Shown here: in pieces, positions 17,390-26,060 of the stretch
Layout: the number at the start of each line of letters is the position of its first letter
Position numbering within the stretch: the first letter of the stretch is position 1
DNA from: Candidatus Omnitrophota bacterium
GTDB taxonomy: Bacteria; Omnitrophota; Gorgyraeia; Aquiviventales; Aquiviventaceae
Length of the DNA: 64,000 nucleotides
Direction: 5' to 3'
Assembly: GCA_016180575.1 (NCBI GenBank)
Contig: JACPAY010000002.1
Coordinates: 27,235-91,234 of the forward strand
Notes under the pieces: generated by a model
Told to the model about the DNA's origin: nothing
What the model saw: the letters and a program-made list of their open reading frames with translations, nothing else
The model's database searches: none
Program-made: the position numbers and the translations under genes

Positions 17390-18453
17390 CCGCCCCGTAC
17401 GTGGAGAGCGACATCCGGGAGATCGCCGCGACGCTCGGCGAGGAGGCCAAGGCGTTCAGCCGCTCCACCATCCTGCTCTGCGGCGGCGCGGGGTTCCTCG
17501 GCCGCTACTTCACCGCGCTCTTCGCCCACCTCAACGCCCACGTGCTGAAGCACCCCTGCCGCGTCATCGTGTGCGACAACCTCATCACGAGCGGGCGGGC
17601 CGGCGCCAAGGCGCCGCGGCTGGACGGGTTCCGGTTCCTCACGCACGACATCATCAAGCCGCTGAAGATCACCGAGCGCATCGACTACGTGATCCAGGCG
17701 GCCGGCATCGCCAGCCCCTACTACTACCGGAAGTATCCGCTGGAAACGCTGGAGGTGGCGACGCTCGGCACCAAGCGGGTCCTGGAGCTGGGGGTCAGGC
17801 ACCCGCTCAAGGGGTTCCTCTTCTTCAGCTCAAGCGAGATCTACGGCGACCCGGACCCGCGCCATGTGCCGACGCCCGAATCGTACCGGGGCAACATCTC
17901 CTGCCTGGGCCCCCGGGCCTGCTACGACGAGTCGAAGCGGCTCGGGGAGACGCTCTGCGCCATTTTCCACGAGCTCCACGGGGTGCCGACCCGGATGGTC
18001 CGGCCCTTCAACGTCTACGGGCCGGGCATGCAGGAGACCGACTACCGCGTGCTGCCGAACTTCGCCAGCCGGATCATCGCGGGGAAGCCCGTGCAGGTGT
18101 ACGGCAGCGGGAAGCAGACCCGCACCTTCTGCTACGTGACGGACGCGATCACCGGCTTCATCAAGGTGCTCCTGCGCGGCAGCCCGGGCCAGGCCTACAA
18201 CATCGGCAACCCGGTGCCGGAGCTCTCCATGCTGGAGCTGGCACGTGTGCTCGAGCGCGTCGCCGGCCGGAAGCTCGACGTGCGGGTCGTGGAATACCCC
18301 GACACGTACCCGGCCGATGAGCCGCAGCGGCGCTGTCCTGATATCGCCAAGGCCGCGCGCCAGCTTGGCTACAAGCCGGCGGTCAGCCTCGAGGAGGGGC
18401 TGAAGCGGTTCATGGCGTGGGCGAGCGCGGTCTACACGGGAACGCAGTTCTAG
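17386..18453 (+). CDS. SDR-family NDP-sugar dehydratase/decarboxylase (UXS / dTDP-glucose-4,6-dehydratase-like)
   Basis: Motifs ILLCGGAGFLGRYF, YDESKRLGE and FNVYGPGM. Confidence 0.85.
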   Translation: MTAPYVESDIREIAATLGEEAKAFSRSTILLCGGAGFLGRYFTALFAHLNAHVLKHPCRVIVCDNLITSGRAGAKAPRLDGFRFLTHDIIKPLKITERIDYVIQAAGIASPYYYRKYPLETLEVATLGTKRVLELGVRHPLKGFLFFSSSEIYGDPDPRHVPTPESYRGNISCLGPRACYDESKRLGETLCAIFHELHGVPTRMVRPFNVYGPGMQETDYRVLPNFASRIIAGKPVQVYGSGKQTRTFCYVTDAITGFIKVLLRGSPGQAYNIGNPVPELSMLELARVLERVAGRKLDVRVVEYPDTYPADEPQRRCPDIAKAARQLGYKPAVSLEEGLKRFMAWASAVYTGTQF

Positions 18454-18456
18454 CCG

Positions 18457-19554
18457 ATGCCTGAGCCGGTCCGTTTGGGCCTGATCGGCGCCGGGCGGTG
18501 GGGGCGCGTCCACCTCCGGACCCTCCTCTCGCTCGGGGACCGCGTCCGGCTCACGCACCTGTGCACCACCAAGCCGGCTGCGGCCGACCTCTTGCCGTAC
18601 CCGGTGAGCGTCGTGCCCGACTGGCGGCAGCTCCTCCGGGCGCCGTGCGATGCGCTGATCATCGCGACGCCTCCCGCGTACCATCCCGAGATGCTCGAGG
18701 CCTGCCTGGACGCCGCCAAACCGTGCCTGGTGGAGAAGCCGCTGTGCCTCGACGTCGCCACTGCCGAGCGGCTCCACGAGCGCATCCGGGCCTCAGGCGT
18801 CCCGGTGCTGGTCAACCACACCCACCTCTTCGCGCCGGCGTATCGCGCCCTGAAGCGGGCGGTGGCGGAGGGCGGGGAGCCGATCCGGATCCTCCTCTCG
18901 GAGGGGATGGGCTTCGGCCCGTTCCGGACCCACACCCCCACCCTCTGGGATTGGGGTCCGCATGACGTGAGCCTCTGCCTCGACCTCCTGGGGGAATCCC
19001 CGCGCGGCGTGGAGGCGCTGGGCGGCCCGCGCAGCCCGGACGGCGACCCGGAGCTGGTCAGCCTGCGCCTCGAGTTTCCGGGGGGCGCCTGCGCCTGGAT
19101 CCAGACGGGGCGGCTCGCCGCCAAGAAGCGGCGGAGCCTGGCGGTCATCACCAACAGCCGGCTCTATCTCCTCGACGACCTGGCGGCCGAGCCGCTGACG
19201 GTCGCTCCCATCCAGTTCTCAGAACGGTACACCGATGGCGTGCCGGAGCCGCCGGCCCCTGTGCCGCTACAAATGAGGAGTCCGGTTCCCTCTTTCCCTT
19301 CGGAACACTCGGGGAAACAGGGAACCGGACCCGGGACTGGCATGGCGACGATGGCCCATGTCCTGACCTATTTCCTGGACGGGCTGGCCGGAGGCGACCG
19401 CAGCCAGTTCGGGACCGGGCTTGCGCTGGAGGTGACCCGCGTGCTGGCCGCCTGCGAGCGGGCGCGCATCTCCCGGTATCAGATACCGGTTGAAGGAAGC
19501 CGCTCTTTCAGGCCGGTATCTGATACCGGAGAGGGACATGGCGCCGTTCCGTGA
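18457..19554 (+). CDS. Gfo/Idh/MocA-family oxidoreductase carrying an in-frame family-A element
   Basis: N-terminus RLGLIGAGRWGRVHL, and DALIIATPPAYH. The C-terminal third contains the repeat translated as QMRSPVPSFPSEHSGKQGTGPGT. Confidence 0.7.
   Translation: MPEPVRLGLIGAGRWGRVHLRTLLSLGDRVRLTHLCTTKPAAADLLPYPVSVVPDWRQLLRAPCDALIIATPPAYHPEMLEACLDAAKPCLVEKPLCLDVATAERLHERIRASGVPVLVNHTHLFAPAYRALKRAVAEGGEPIRILLSEGMGFGPFRTHTPTLWDWGPHDVSLCLDLLGESPRGVEALGGPRSPDGDPELVSLRLEFPGGACAWIQTGRLAAKKRRSLAVITNSRLYLLDDLAAEPLTVAPIQFSERYTDGVPEPPAPVPLQMRSPVPSFPSEHSGKQGTGPGTGMATMAHVLTYFLDGLAGGDRSQFGTGLALEVTRVLAACERARISRYQIPVEGSRSFRPVSDTGEGHGAVP
19270..19340 (+). repeat. Family-A element copy 3 (inside a CDS, in-frame)
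   Basis: caaatgaggagtccggttccctctttcccttcggaacactcggggaaacagggaaccggacccgggactgg. Confidence 0.8.
19473..19528. repeat. Family-C REPIN-like element (CCGGTATCAGATACCGG ... CCGGTATCTGATACCGG)
   Basis: Two self-palindromic 17-mers in inverted orientation separated by a 22-nt spacer. It overlaps the 3' end of the oxidoreductase and the 5' region of the methyltransferase. Confidence 0.8.
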
Positions 19555-20428
19555 CCGGCGGATGGAGGCGGGCTTCCCCTCATGGGGGCTGCCCGGCAGC
19601 CGCGCCGCCCGGCTGGTCTTCGGAGACCTGGCCGCCTACCTCCGGCAGCCGCTGGAGACGGTCGCAGAGGCCTACTGGCGCCACCGGGACGGCGACGACC
19701 TGGCCGCGCAGCGGCGGGTCGGCGAGGCGACGGAGGCGGCCGACGTCCTGGCCTACTACGCGGCGACGCCCCACTATCTCTATGAGCTGAGCTACTGGGA
19801 GGCCTCGCCCGACAAGCAGGCGTGGTTCCGCGTCATCGAGCGGGCCTGCCGGCGGCACCGGCTGCGGCGCGTCCTGGATTTCGGCGGGGGGGTGGGCGGC
19901 CTGTGCCTGTTCCTCAACGCCCGGGGCATCCGCTGCGACTACCTCGACGTGGGCGGCAAGACGTTTGAGTACGCGGCCTGGCGGTTCGCGCGGCACCGGC
20001 TCGACGTGGCGATGCATGACGCGGCATCCGGCGACGGCCACTCGTCCGGCTCGTACGATGCCGTGGTCGCCTGGGATGTCCTGGAGCACCTCTTCGATCT
20101 GGAGGGGGCGATCCGGCGCATAGCCGCCCTCCTGCGCCCCCGGGGCTGGTTCCTCAGCAAGTCGACCTTCGCGGTGTCCGGCACTGAGCATGAGGCGATC
20201 CACCTGGCCCAGCATGCCCGGTACGCGGACGTCGCGGAGCTCAACCGCCTGATGGCCCGCAGCGGCTTTCGGTTCGTCGGGCAGCTCAAGCCGGACCGGC
20301 TCTCCCGGCTGCTGCGGCTGTGTGGCCTCCGGCAGGCGGTCGCGGGGATCCGGATCGCGCCGCGCCTGAAGCACGGCGGCAACTTCCTCATCCATGAGCG
20401 GGGCGGCACCGAGGCGGGCGATGCATAA
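19538..20428 (+). CDS. Class-I SAM-dependent methyltransferase
   Basis: VLDFGGGVGGL motif. Start chosen at ATG MAPFRDRR, downstream of a GGAGAGGGA Shine-Dalgarno-like site. An upstream in-frame extension through the repeat is also possible. Confidence 0.65.
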   Translation: MAPFRDRRMEAGFPSWGLPGSRAARLVFGDLAAYLRQPLETVAEAYWRHRDGDDLAAQRRVGEATEAADVLAYYAATPHYLYELSYWEASPDKQAWFRVIERACRRHRLRRVLDFGGGVGGLCLFLNARGIRCDYLDVGGKTFEYAAWRFARHRLDVAMHDAASGDGHSSGSYDAVVAWDVLEHLFDLEGAIRRIAALLRPRGWFLSKSTFAVSGTEHEAIHLAQHARYADVAELNRLMARSGFRFVGQLKPDRLSRLLRLCGLRQAVAGIRIAPRLKHGGNFLIHERGGTEAGDA

Positions 20429-21227
20429 GACGGTGCGGAAGGTCCTGCGGGCGGTGGCGGACTACGACCCGGACTACTTCGACATGTACGCGGATGCGGC
20501 CGAGGCGATGTTCGCCCGGCTCTACGTGGAGCGGATCCTGCGGCACGCCTCCGCCGCGGGCATCCGCCAGCCGGCCACGCTGCTGGAGGCCGGCTGCCAG
20601 GCGGGGCGGCTCGTGGTCCCGTTCGCAAGAGCGGGCTTCCGCGTGACCGGCATCGACACCTCCGGCTTCGCCCTCCGGCGCGCCCGCGAGCACGCGAAGG
20701 CCGCCGGCGTGGACGCCGCGTTCATCCAGGGCGACCTGCTCGCGGTGCTGCGCCGCCAGCCGGCGCCGCAATTCGATGTGGTCGTCTGCGCCGAGGTGGT
20801 CTATCTCTCGCCGCAGCACCGCCAGATGCTGGAGGCGCTCGCGGCGGCGGTCAGGCCGGGGGGGCTGCTGTGCGTCTCGCACCGGCCGAAAATGTATTAC
20901 CTGCTCGAGGCGCTCCGGCAGTATGATGTGACGAGCGCAACGGACGTCCTGCGGCGCGGCGAGGGACCGTTTCGGGACAGCGCCTATTACAACTGGCAGA
21001 CCCCAGACGAGCTGCGCGCCCTGTACCGGTCGCTTGGGCTGCGCTGCCTCGCGGTGCATCCCATCGACCGCCTGGCGTGGCTGGCCCAAGTGGACGTGAA
21101 GCGGCTGAGCGAGCCGCAGCGCGCGCAGTGGGTGCAGTGGGAGCTGGAGCTGCCGGATGACACCGCCGGGGACTGCGCCCGCTACCTCCTCATCGTGGCG
21201 GAGCGTCCGGCAGAATCGCACGCATGA
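20421..21227 (+). CDS. Class-I SAM-dependent methyltransferase
   Basis: LLEAGCQAGRL motif. Its ATG overlaps the upstream TAA as ATGCATAA. Confidence 0.7.
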   Translation: MHKTVRKVLRAVADYDPDYFDMYADAAEAMFARLYVERILRHASAAGIRQPATLLEAGCQAGRLVVPFARAGFRVTGIDTSGFALRRAREHAKAAGVDAAFIQGDLLAVLRRQPAPQFDVVVCAEVVYLSPQHRQMLEALAAAVRPGGLLCVSHRPKMYYLLEALRQYDVTSATDVLRRGEGPFRDSAYYNWQTPDELRALYRSLGLRCLAVHPIDRLAWLAQVDVKRLSEPQRAQWVQWELELPDDTAGDCARYLLIVAERPAESHA

Positions 21228-21934
21228 GCCGCTGGGCGTACCATCTCCCCATCCTGGCCTATCACCGCGTGGGCCCCTTCAGAGCGGACCACGTCCCGAC
21301 CGTTTCGGCGGAAGCCTTCGAGCGGCAGCTCGAGCTCCTGGCCAGGTTCCAGTACCGTGTCCTGCCCCTGGAGGACCTCATCAGCTGCCTCGACCGCGGC
21401 GAGCGGCTCCCGCGCCGCAGCGTCGTCATCACGTTCGACGACGGCTATGCGGAGACCCACACCGTGGCCTGGCCGCTCCTCAAGCGGTTCGGCTATCCAG
21501 CGGCCGTCTTCGTCGCGCCGGGAGAGGTGGGACGGGCAGGCTTTGCGACCTGGGAGCAGCTCGCGGAGCTGGCGCGGGACGGCATCGCGGTCGGCAGCCA
21601 CACGATGCACCACAGCTACGTCCCGCTGCTGAGCGCGGAGCGCCTCCAGGAGGAGTTCCGGCAGTCGAAGGCGGTCATCGAGTCGCGCATCGGACGCGTG
21701 GTCCAGTGTCTCAGCTATCCCAGCGGGGGGTTCACGCCGCAGGCGCAGGCGGCCGCACGAGCTGCCGGGTACCTTGCGGCCTGCACGACGAACCGCTCGC
21801 TCCCCGGTGCTTCGCTCGACCGCTGGGCGCTTCGCCGGATCAAGATGACGGAGCGCGACGCCCAGCCGCTGCGCCTGCTCGCCAAGGTCTCCGGGCACTA
21901 TGACTGTTTTCGCCGGCTGAAGCGGCCGAACTAG
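21224..21934 (+). CDS. Polysaccharide deacetylase (CE4 family)
   Basis: Motifs VITFDDGY and SHTMHH. Confidence 0.8.
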   Translation: MSRWAYHLPILAYHRVGPFRADHVPTVSAEAFERQLELLARFQYRVLPLEDLISCLDRGERLPRRSVVITFDDGYAETHTVAWPLLKRFGYPAAVFVAPGEVGRAGFATWEQLAELARDGIAVGSHTMHHSYVPLLSAERLQEEFRQSKAVIESRIGRVVQCLSYPSGGFTPQAQAAARAAGYLAACTTNRSLPGASLDRWALRRIKMTERDAQPLRLLAKVSGHYDCFRRLKRPN

Positions 21935-21950
21935 CCAACTTCCTACGCCG

Positions 21951-23093
21951 ATCCGCATCCTCGTCACCTACGTCACCGCCGGCGCGGGCCATCGCCGGGC
22001 CGCCGAAGCGGTCGCGCAGGCGGCCGGCGCCCAGTACCCCGACGCGGACATCCGCTGCGTGGACGCGCTCGACTACACCTCGCGGCGGTTCCGCGCGTTC
22101 TACGGGGCCACCTACATCTTCCTCGTCCGGCATGCGCCATGGCTGTGGCGGGCGAGCTACGCCCTGCTGGACTGGGGGCCGGTGTACCGCCTCATCCAGC
22201 CCTTCCGCCGGCGGTGGAACCTCTGGATCTGCCGGCCGCTGACGGCATGGCTGCGGGAGTTCCAGCCCGACGTGATCGTCACGACGCATTTCCTGCCCGC
22301 CGACGTCTGCGGCGCCGGGAAGGCCGCCGGCTGGCTCACCAGCGCGCTGGTCGTCGTGGTGACGGACCTCTTTCCGCACCGCTTCTGGATCGCCCCGGAG
22401 GCGGAGGCGTTCGTCATCAGCACCGCTGAGGGGCGGGAGGTGCTGACGCGGCGGGGGATGGCCCCTGACCGGATCCACATGCAGGGCATCCCCATCGCGC
22501 GCGCCTTCAACTCGGCCATCGGCGACCGTGCCGTGCTGTATGAGCGGCTTGCGCTGGACCCCGGCCGCCTGACGGTGCTGGTGACGAGCGGCGGCACGAC
22601 GGTGGGACAGTTCGAGCGCGTGGTGCACTCGCTTGCGGAGCTGGAGGTCGCACTGCCGCAGCGGCTGCAGCTGCTCGTGGTCTGCGGGGAAGACGGCCGG
22701 GCCTGCCGCCGGCTGGCCGAGCGGGCGGGAGCCCTCGCGATGCCGATCCGGGTCTTCGCGTTCATCGACCACATGGCCGAGCTGATGGCGGCGAGCGACC
22801 TGATCGTCACGAAGGCGGGCGGCCTCACGGTGAGCGAGGCGCTGGGCCGCGGCCTGCCGATTGTCCTCTACCATGTGATCCCGGGGCAGGAGCGGATGAA
22901 CGCGCACTACATCGCCCTGCACGGGGCGGGGCTCATCGCGAGGCGCCCCCGCGCCGTCGCGCAGACGGTGCGGCGGCTCGCGGAGGATCCTGAGCTGCTG
23001 GCGCGGATGCGGGCGGCGGCGAGGGCGCTTTCCCGTCCGGACGCCGCAGCGCAGATCGTGTCGCAGGCGGTGCAGCCGCTCGTGCGCCGATGA
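21951..23093 (+). CDS. MGDG-synthase-like glycosyltransferase (GT28, diacylglycerol glycosyltransferase family)
   Basis: N-terminus IRILVTYVTAGAGHRRAAEAV and C-terminal motif KAGGLTVSEAL. No ATG, GTG or TTG lies in-frame between the upstream stop (21918-20) and the conserved N-terminus. Confidence 0.6.
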   Translation: MRILVTYVTAGAGHRRAAEAVAQAAGAQYPDADIRCVDALDYTSRRFRAFYGATYIFLVRHAPWLWRASYALLDWGPVYRLIQPFRRRWNLWICRPLTAWLREFQPDVIVTTHFLPADVCGAGKAAGWLTSALVVVVTDLFPHRFWIAPEAEAFVISTAEGREVLTRRGMAPDRIHMQGIPIARAFNSAIGDRAVLYERLALDPGRLTVLVTSGGTTVGQFERVVHSLAELEVALPQRLQLLVVCGEDGRACRRLAERAGALAMPIRVFAFIDHMAELMAASDLIVTKAGGLTVSEALGRGLPIVLYHVIPGQERMNAHYIALHGAGLIARRPRAVAQTVRRLAEDPELLARMRAAARALSRPDAAAQIVSQAVQPLVRR

Positions 23094-23785
23094 GCCGCGT
23101 CCTGGCCTCCCCCCTGGTCCGAGCGGTGCAGCAGCATCTTGAGGGGCTGCGCGCGCTCGGGGTCACCGCGGTGCCGGCGTCCCCCGTGGGCGCAGCCCCT
23201 CCGACTGGGGCAAAGGGCGGCGCTTCAAAGGAGGAGCGGTTGAGCCGGCTCGCCCGCGAGGTCGAGCGCTGCCGGCGCTGCACGCTCTACCGCACGCGCA
23301 CCCACGCCGTCGTCAGCGACGGCTCGCCGCATGCGCGCCTGGTCTTCATCGGCGAGGCGCCCGGACGCGACGAGGATCTCCAGGGCAAGCCGTTCGTCGG
23401 CGCGGCCGGCAAGCTCCTCACGAAGATGATCGAGGCGATGGGCCTCGCGCGCGAGGCGGTGTACATCTGCAACGTCCTCAAGGACCGGCCCCCCGGCAAC
23501 CGGACGCCGCTGCCGGAGGAGGTCGAGGCCTGCCTGCCGTTCCTGCAGGAGCAGCTCGCCATCATCCGGCCGGCGGTCATCTGCACGCTGGGGGCGGTCG
23601 CGGCCAAGGCGCTCCTGGGGCCGCATGTCGCCATCACCAAGGTCCGCGGCGAGGTCAGGGAGTATCAGGGGGTTCCGCTGGTGCCCACGTTCCATCCGGC
23701 GTACCTCCTGCGCAATCCGGACGCCAAGCGATACGCCTGGGCCGACCTCAAGAAAGTAAAGCGGCTGCTTGAGAGAGAGCAATGA
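23090..23785 (+). CDS. Uracil-DNA glycosylase, family 4
   Basis: Motifs CRRC and LVFIGEAPGRDEDLQGKPFVGAAGKLL. Confidence 0.85.
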   Translation: MSRVLASPLVRAVQQHLEGLRALGVTAVPASPVGAAPPTGAKGGASKEERLSRLAREVERCRRCTLYRTRTHAVVSDGSPHARLVFIGEAPGRDEDLQGKPFVGAAGKLLTKMIEAMGLAREAVYICNVLKDRPPGNRTPLPEEVEACLPFLQEQLAIIRPAVICTLGAVAAKALLGPHVAITKVRGEVREYQGVPLVPTFHPAYLLRNPDAKRYAWADLKKVKRLLEREQ

Positions 23786-25986
23786 TGGATCCATCGAAAT
23801 CCCGTGTGGCCGCGGGTGACGCGGAGCCGGGGACCCCGTCGCCTGCCCGCAGGCCGAGGCCGAGGACAGCCGACGGGGTGGCGGCGCGGCAGGACCCGCG
23901 GCCGACGATTGCTGAGGTCGCCTTCAATCTGCCGCTCGACAAGTCGTTCCACTACCTCATCCCGGAGGCGATGCGCCAGACGCTCGCGCCCGGGATGCGG
24001 GTGGCGGCCCCGTTCGGCCCTCGCGAGCGCATCGGCTTCGTCCTCAAGGTTGTGGCCGAGAGCCCCGTGAAGGAGCTGAAGGAGATCCGCCGCGTCCTGG
24101 ACCCGCGGCCGGTGATCGGCGAGGAGCAGTGGGCGCTGGCGTCGTGGCTGTCCACCTACTACTGCTGCAGCATGGGCGAGGCGCTGGCCACGATGGTGCC
24201 TGGCGGCCTGCGCCTCCGAGCGGGGGCGGGTCCTGCCGCCTCGGGCACTCCGCCTGCCGTCCTCGTCCCTGACGGGACTGCGGCCGGCGGCGGAGGCCTC
24301 CCCTCGGCGTCACCCGTCCCCACGGGTGTTGTGATGTTGACCGCGCATCAGCGGCAGGCGCTGCCGCCCATCCTCGAGGCGCTGGAGGCGAAACGCTTCG
24401 CCTCCATCCTCCTCTTCGGGGTCACCGGGTCAGGGAAGACCGAGCTCTACCTGCAGGCGATCGACCGCGCGCTGCGCCAGGGACGCTCCGCCATCTGCCT
24501 CATCCCGGAGATCGCGCTCACGCCGCAGACGACCGACCGCTTCGTCGAGCGCTTCGGCGGCGGCGTCGCGGTCTGGCACAGCCGCATGAGCGCACGAGCT
24601 CGCTCGCGCGACTGGATGCGGATGAGCGACGGGGCGTGCCGGATCGTGGTCGGGGCCCGCTCGGCGGTCTTCGCCCCGGTGCAGCGCCTGGGGCTCATCA
24701 TCATCGATGAAGAGCACGAGCCGACCTACAAGCAGGAGGATGCCCCGCGCTACCACGCCCGCGAGGTCGCCATGGCCCGCGCGCGGCTCGCCGGCGCCGC
24801 CGTCGTGCTGGGGAGCGCCACGCCGTCCGTGGAGAGCTACTATGCCGCCGCGCGGCGGGCGGGGGGTGTCGTGACGCTGCCGGAGCGGATCGCGGGACGG
24901 GGGCTGCCGGCGGCGGAGGTCATCGACATGCGGGAGGAGATGAGCAGCCGCCGCCGCTTCGGCCCTCTCTCAGCCCGCCTGGAGCGGGCGCTCGCGCAGA
25001 CCGTGGAGCGCGGGGAGCAGGCCATGCTCCTGCTCAACCGGCGCGGGTTCGCGCGGGTGGCGCAGTGCAAAACGTGCGGGGCGGTCGAGCGGTGCGCGCG
25101 CTGCTCCGTCCCGCTCGTCTACCACGCCGGCCGCCGGGAGCTGGTCTGCCACTATTGCAACTTCCATGAGCCGCCGCGGGAGCTCTGCCGCCAGTGCCGG
25201 AAGGGCTACCTGAGCTTTCGGGGGAGCGGGACGGAGCGGGTCGAGTCCGAGCTGCACCGGCTCTTTCCCGTGGCGTCCATCGCCCGGATGGACCGGGACA
25301 CCACCGCGCGCCGCGGCAGCCACCGCGAGCTCTACGAGGCGGTCAAGACGCGCCAGGTGAACCTCCTCGTCGGCACGCAGATGATCGCCAAGGGGTTCGA
25401 TTTCCCGCAGGTGACGCTCGTCGGCGTGGTGTCGGCGGACACGGCGCTCAACCTGCCGGATTTCCGGGCCGGCGAGCGGACGTTCGACCTCCTGACGCAG
25501 ATGGCGGGACGGGCGGGGCGGGGGGAGCGGCCGGGGCGGGTGCTGATCCAGACTTTCTGCCCGGGCCACTACGCGATCCAGGCCGCCAAGGCGCACGACT
25601 ACCTGGGATTCTACGCGCAGGAGATCCGGATGCGGCGAGCGCTGCGGCTGCCGCCCTTCGTGCACCTCATCGAGCTGACGGTGCTCGGCTCCTCGCTGCC
25701 GCGCGTGGAGGAGGCGGCGCAGTGGCTCGCGGGCCGCCTGCGGCGGGCGCTCGCCCGCCGCCTGCCTGCCGCGCCGGGGAAAGGCGCGACTCGCGCGGCG
25801 CAGGCAGGCGCCGTCCTGCTCGGGCCGGCGCCGCACCGCATCCCGCGGCTGCGCCGGGCCTACCGGGTGCACCTCCTCCTCAAGGCCCGGTCGGTCGAGG
25901 CGGTGACGCCGATCGTGCGCCGGGTCCTCGCGCCGGGGCGGAAGGCGAAGGGCCTCCCCGTGATCGTCAACGTCGACCCACTGTGA
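23782..25986 (+). CDS. priA: Primosomal protein N' (PriA helicase)
   Basis: Contains the 3' DNA-binding domain NLPLDKSFHYLIP, Walker A GVTGSGKT, Cys-rich zinc motifs (CKTCG, CARC, CHYC, CRQC) and a C-terminal region. Its ATG overlaps the UDG stop as ATGATG, which implies an N-terminal extension of about 38 aa read through the family-B repeat. Confidence 0.85.
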   Translation: MMDPSKSRVAAGDAEPGTPSPARRPRPRTADGVAARQDPRPTIAEVAFNLPLDKSFHYLIPEAMRQTLAPGMRVAAPFGPRERIGFVLKVVAESPVKELKEIRRVLDPRPVIGEEQWALASWLSTYYCCSMGEALATMVPGGLRLRAGAGPAASGTPPAVLVPDGTAAGGGGLPSASPVPTGVVMLTAHQRQALPPILEALEAKRFASILLFGVTGSGKTELYLQAIDRALRQGRSAICLIPEIALTPQTTDRFVERFGGGVAVWHSRMSARARSRDWMRMSDGACRIVVGARSAVFAPVQRLGLIIIDEEHEPTYKQEDAPRYHAREVAMARARLAGAAVVLGSATPSVESYYAAARRAGGVVTLPERIAGRGLPAAEVIDMREEMSSRRRFGPLSARLERALAQTVERGEQAMLLLNRRGFARVAQCKTCGAVERCARCSVPLVYHAGRRELVCHYCNFHEPPRELCRQCRKGYLSFRGSGTERVESELHRLFPVASIARMDRDTTARRGSHRELYEAVKTRQVNLLVGTQMIAKGFDFPQVTLVGVVSADTALNLPDFRAGERTFDLLTQMAGRAGRGERPGRVLIQTFCPGHYAIQAAKAHDYLGFYAQEIRMRRALRLPPFVHLIELTVLGSSLPRVEEAAQWLAGRLRRALARRLPAAPGKGATRAAQAGAVLLGPAPHRIPRLRRAYRVHLLLKARSVEAVTPIVRRVLAPGRKAKGLPVIVNVDPL
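23806..23905 (+). repeat. Family-B palindromic element copy 1 (about 100 nt, ends GGCCGCGGGT...ACCCGCGGCC)
   Basis: Four copies: 23806, 35505, 49537 and 56788 (inverted). The internal pairing is CCCCGTCG/CGACGGGG. A conserved left-flank TCGAA motif precedes every copy. Confidence 0.8.
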
Positions 25987-26008
25987 GGTTGGCGTGTTTG
26001 CCGGTTAG

Positions 26009-26052
26009 CGTGTTTGCGCGTTAACGCACGAACGCGCCAACGCGCAAACGAA
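26009..26052. terminator. Hairpin between convergent priA and the TPR gene (GTTTGCGCGTT...AACGCGCAAAC), candidate bidirectional terminator
   Basis: An 11-bp stem lies in the 75-nt gap between the convergent stops. It is followed by the AAAGGCGCTTTTAGGCGGAAAAACCTTT hairpin. Confidence 0.4.
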
Positions 26053-26060
26053 AGGCGCTT

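Noticed and set aside
23782-25986. priA read as starting at a rare ATT just before IAEVAF.
   Set aside because: This is possible but unsupported. The upstream ATGATG overlap with the UDG stop matches the genome's coupling pattern, so the extended start is reported instead, with the uncertainty stated.
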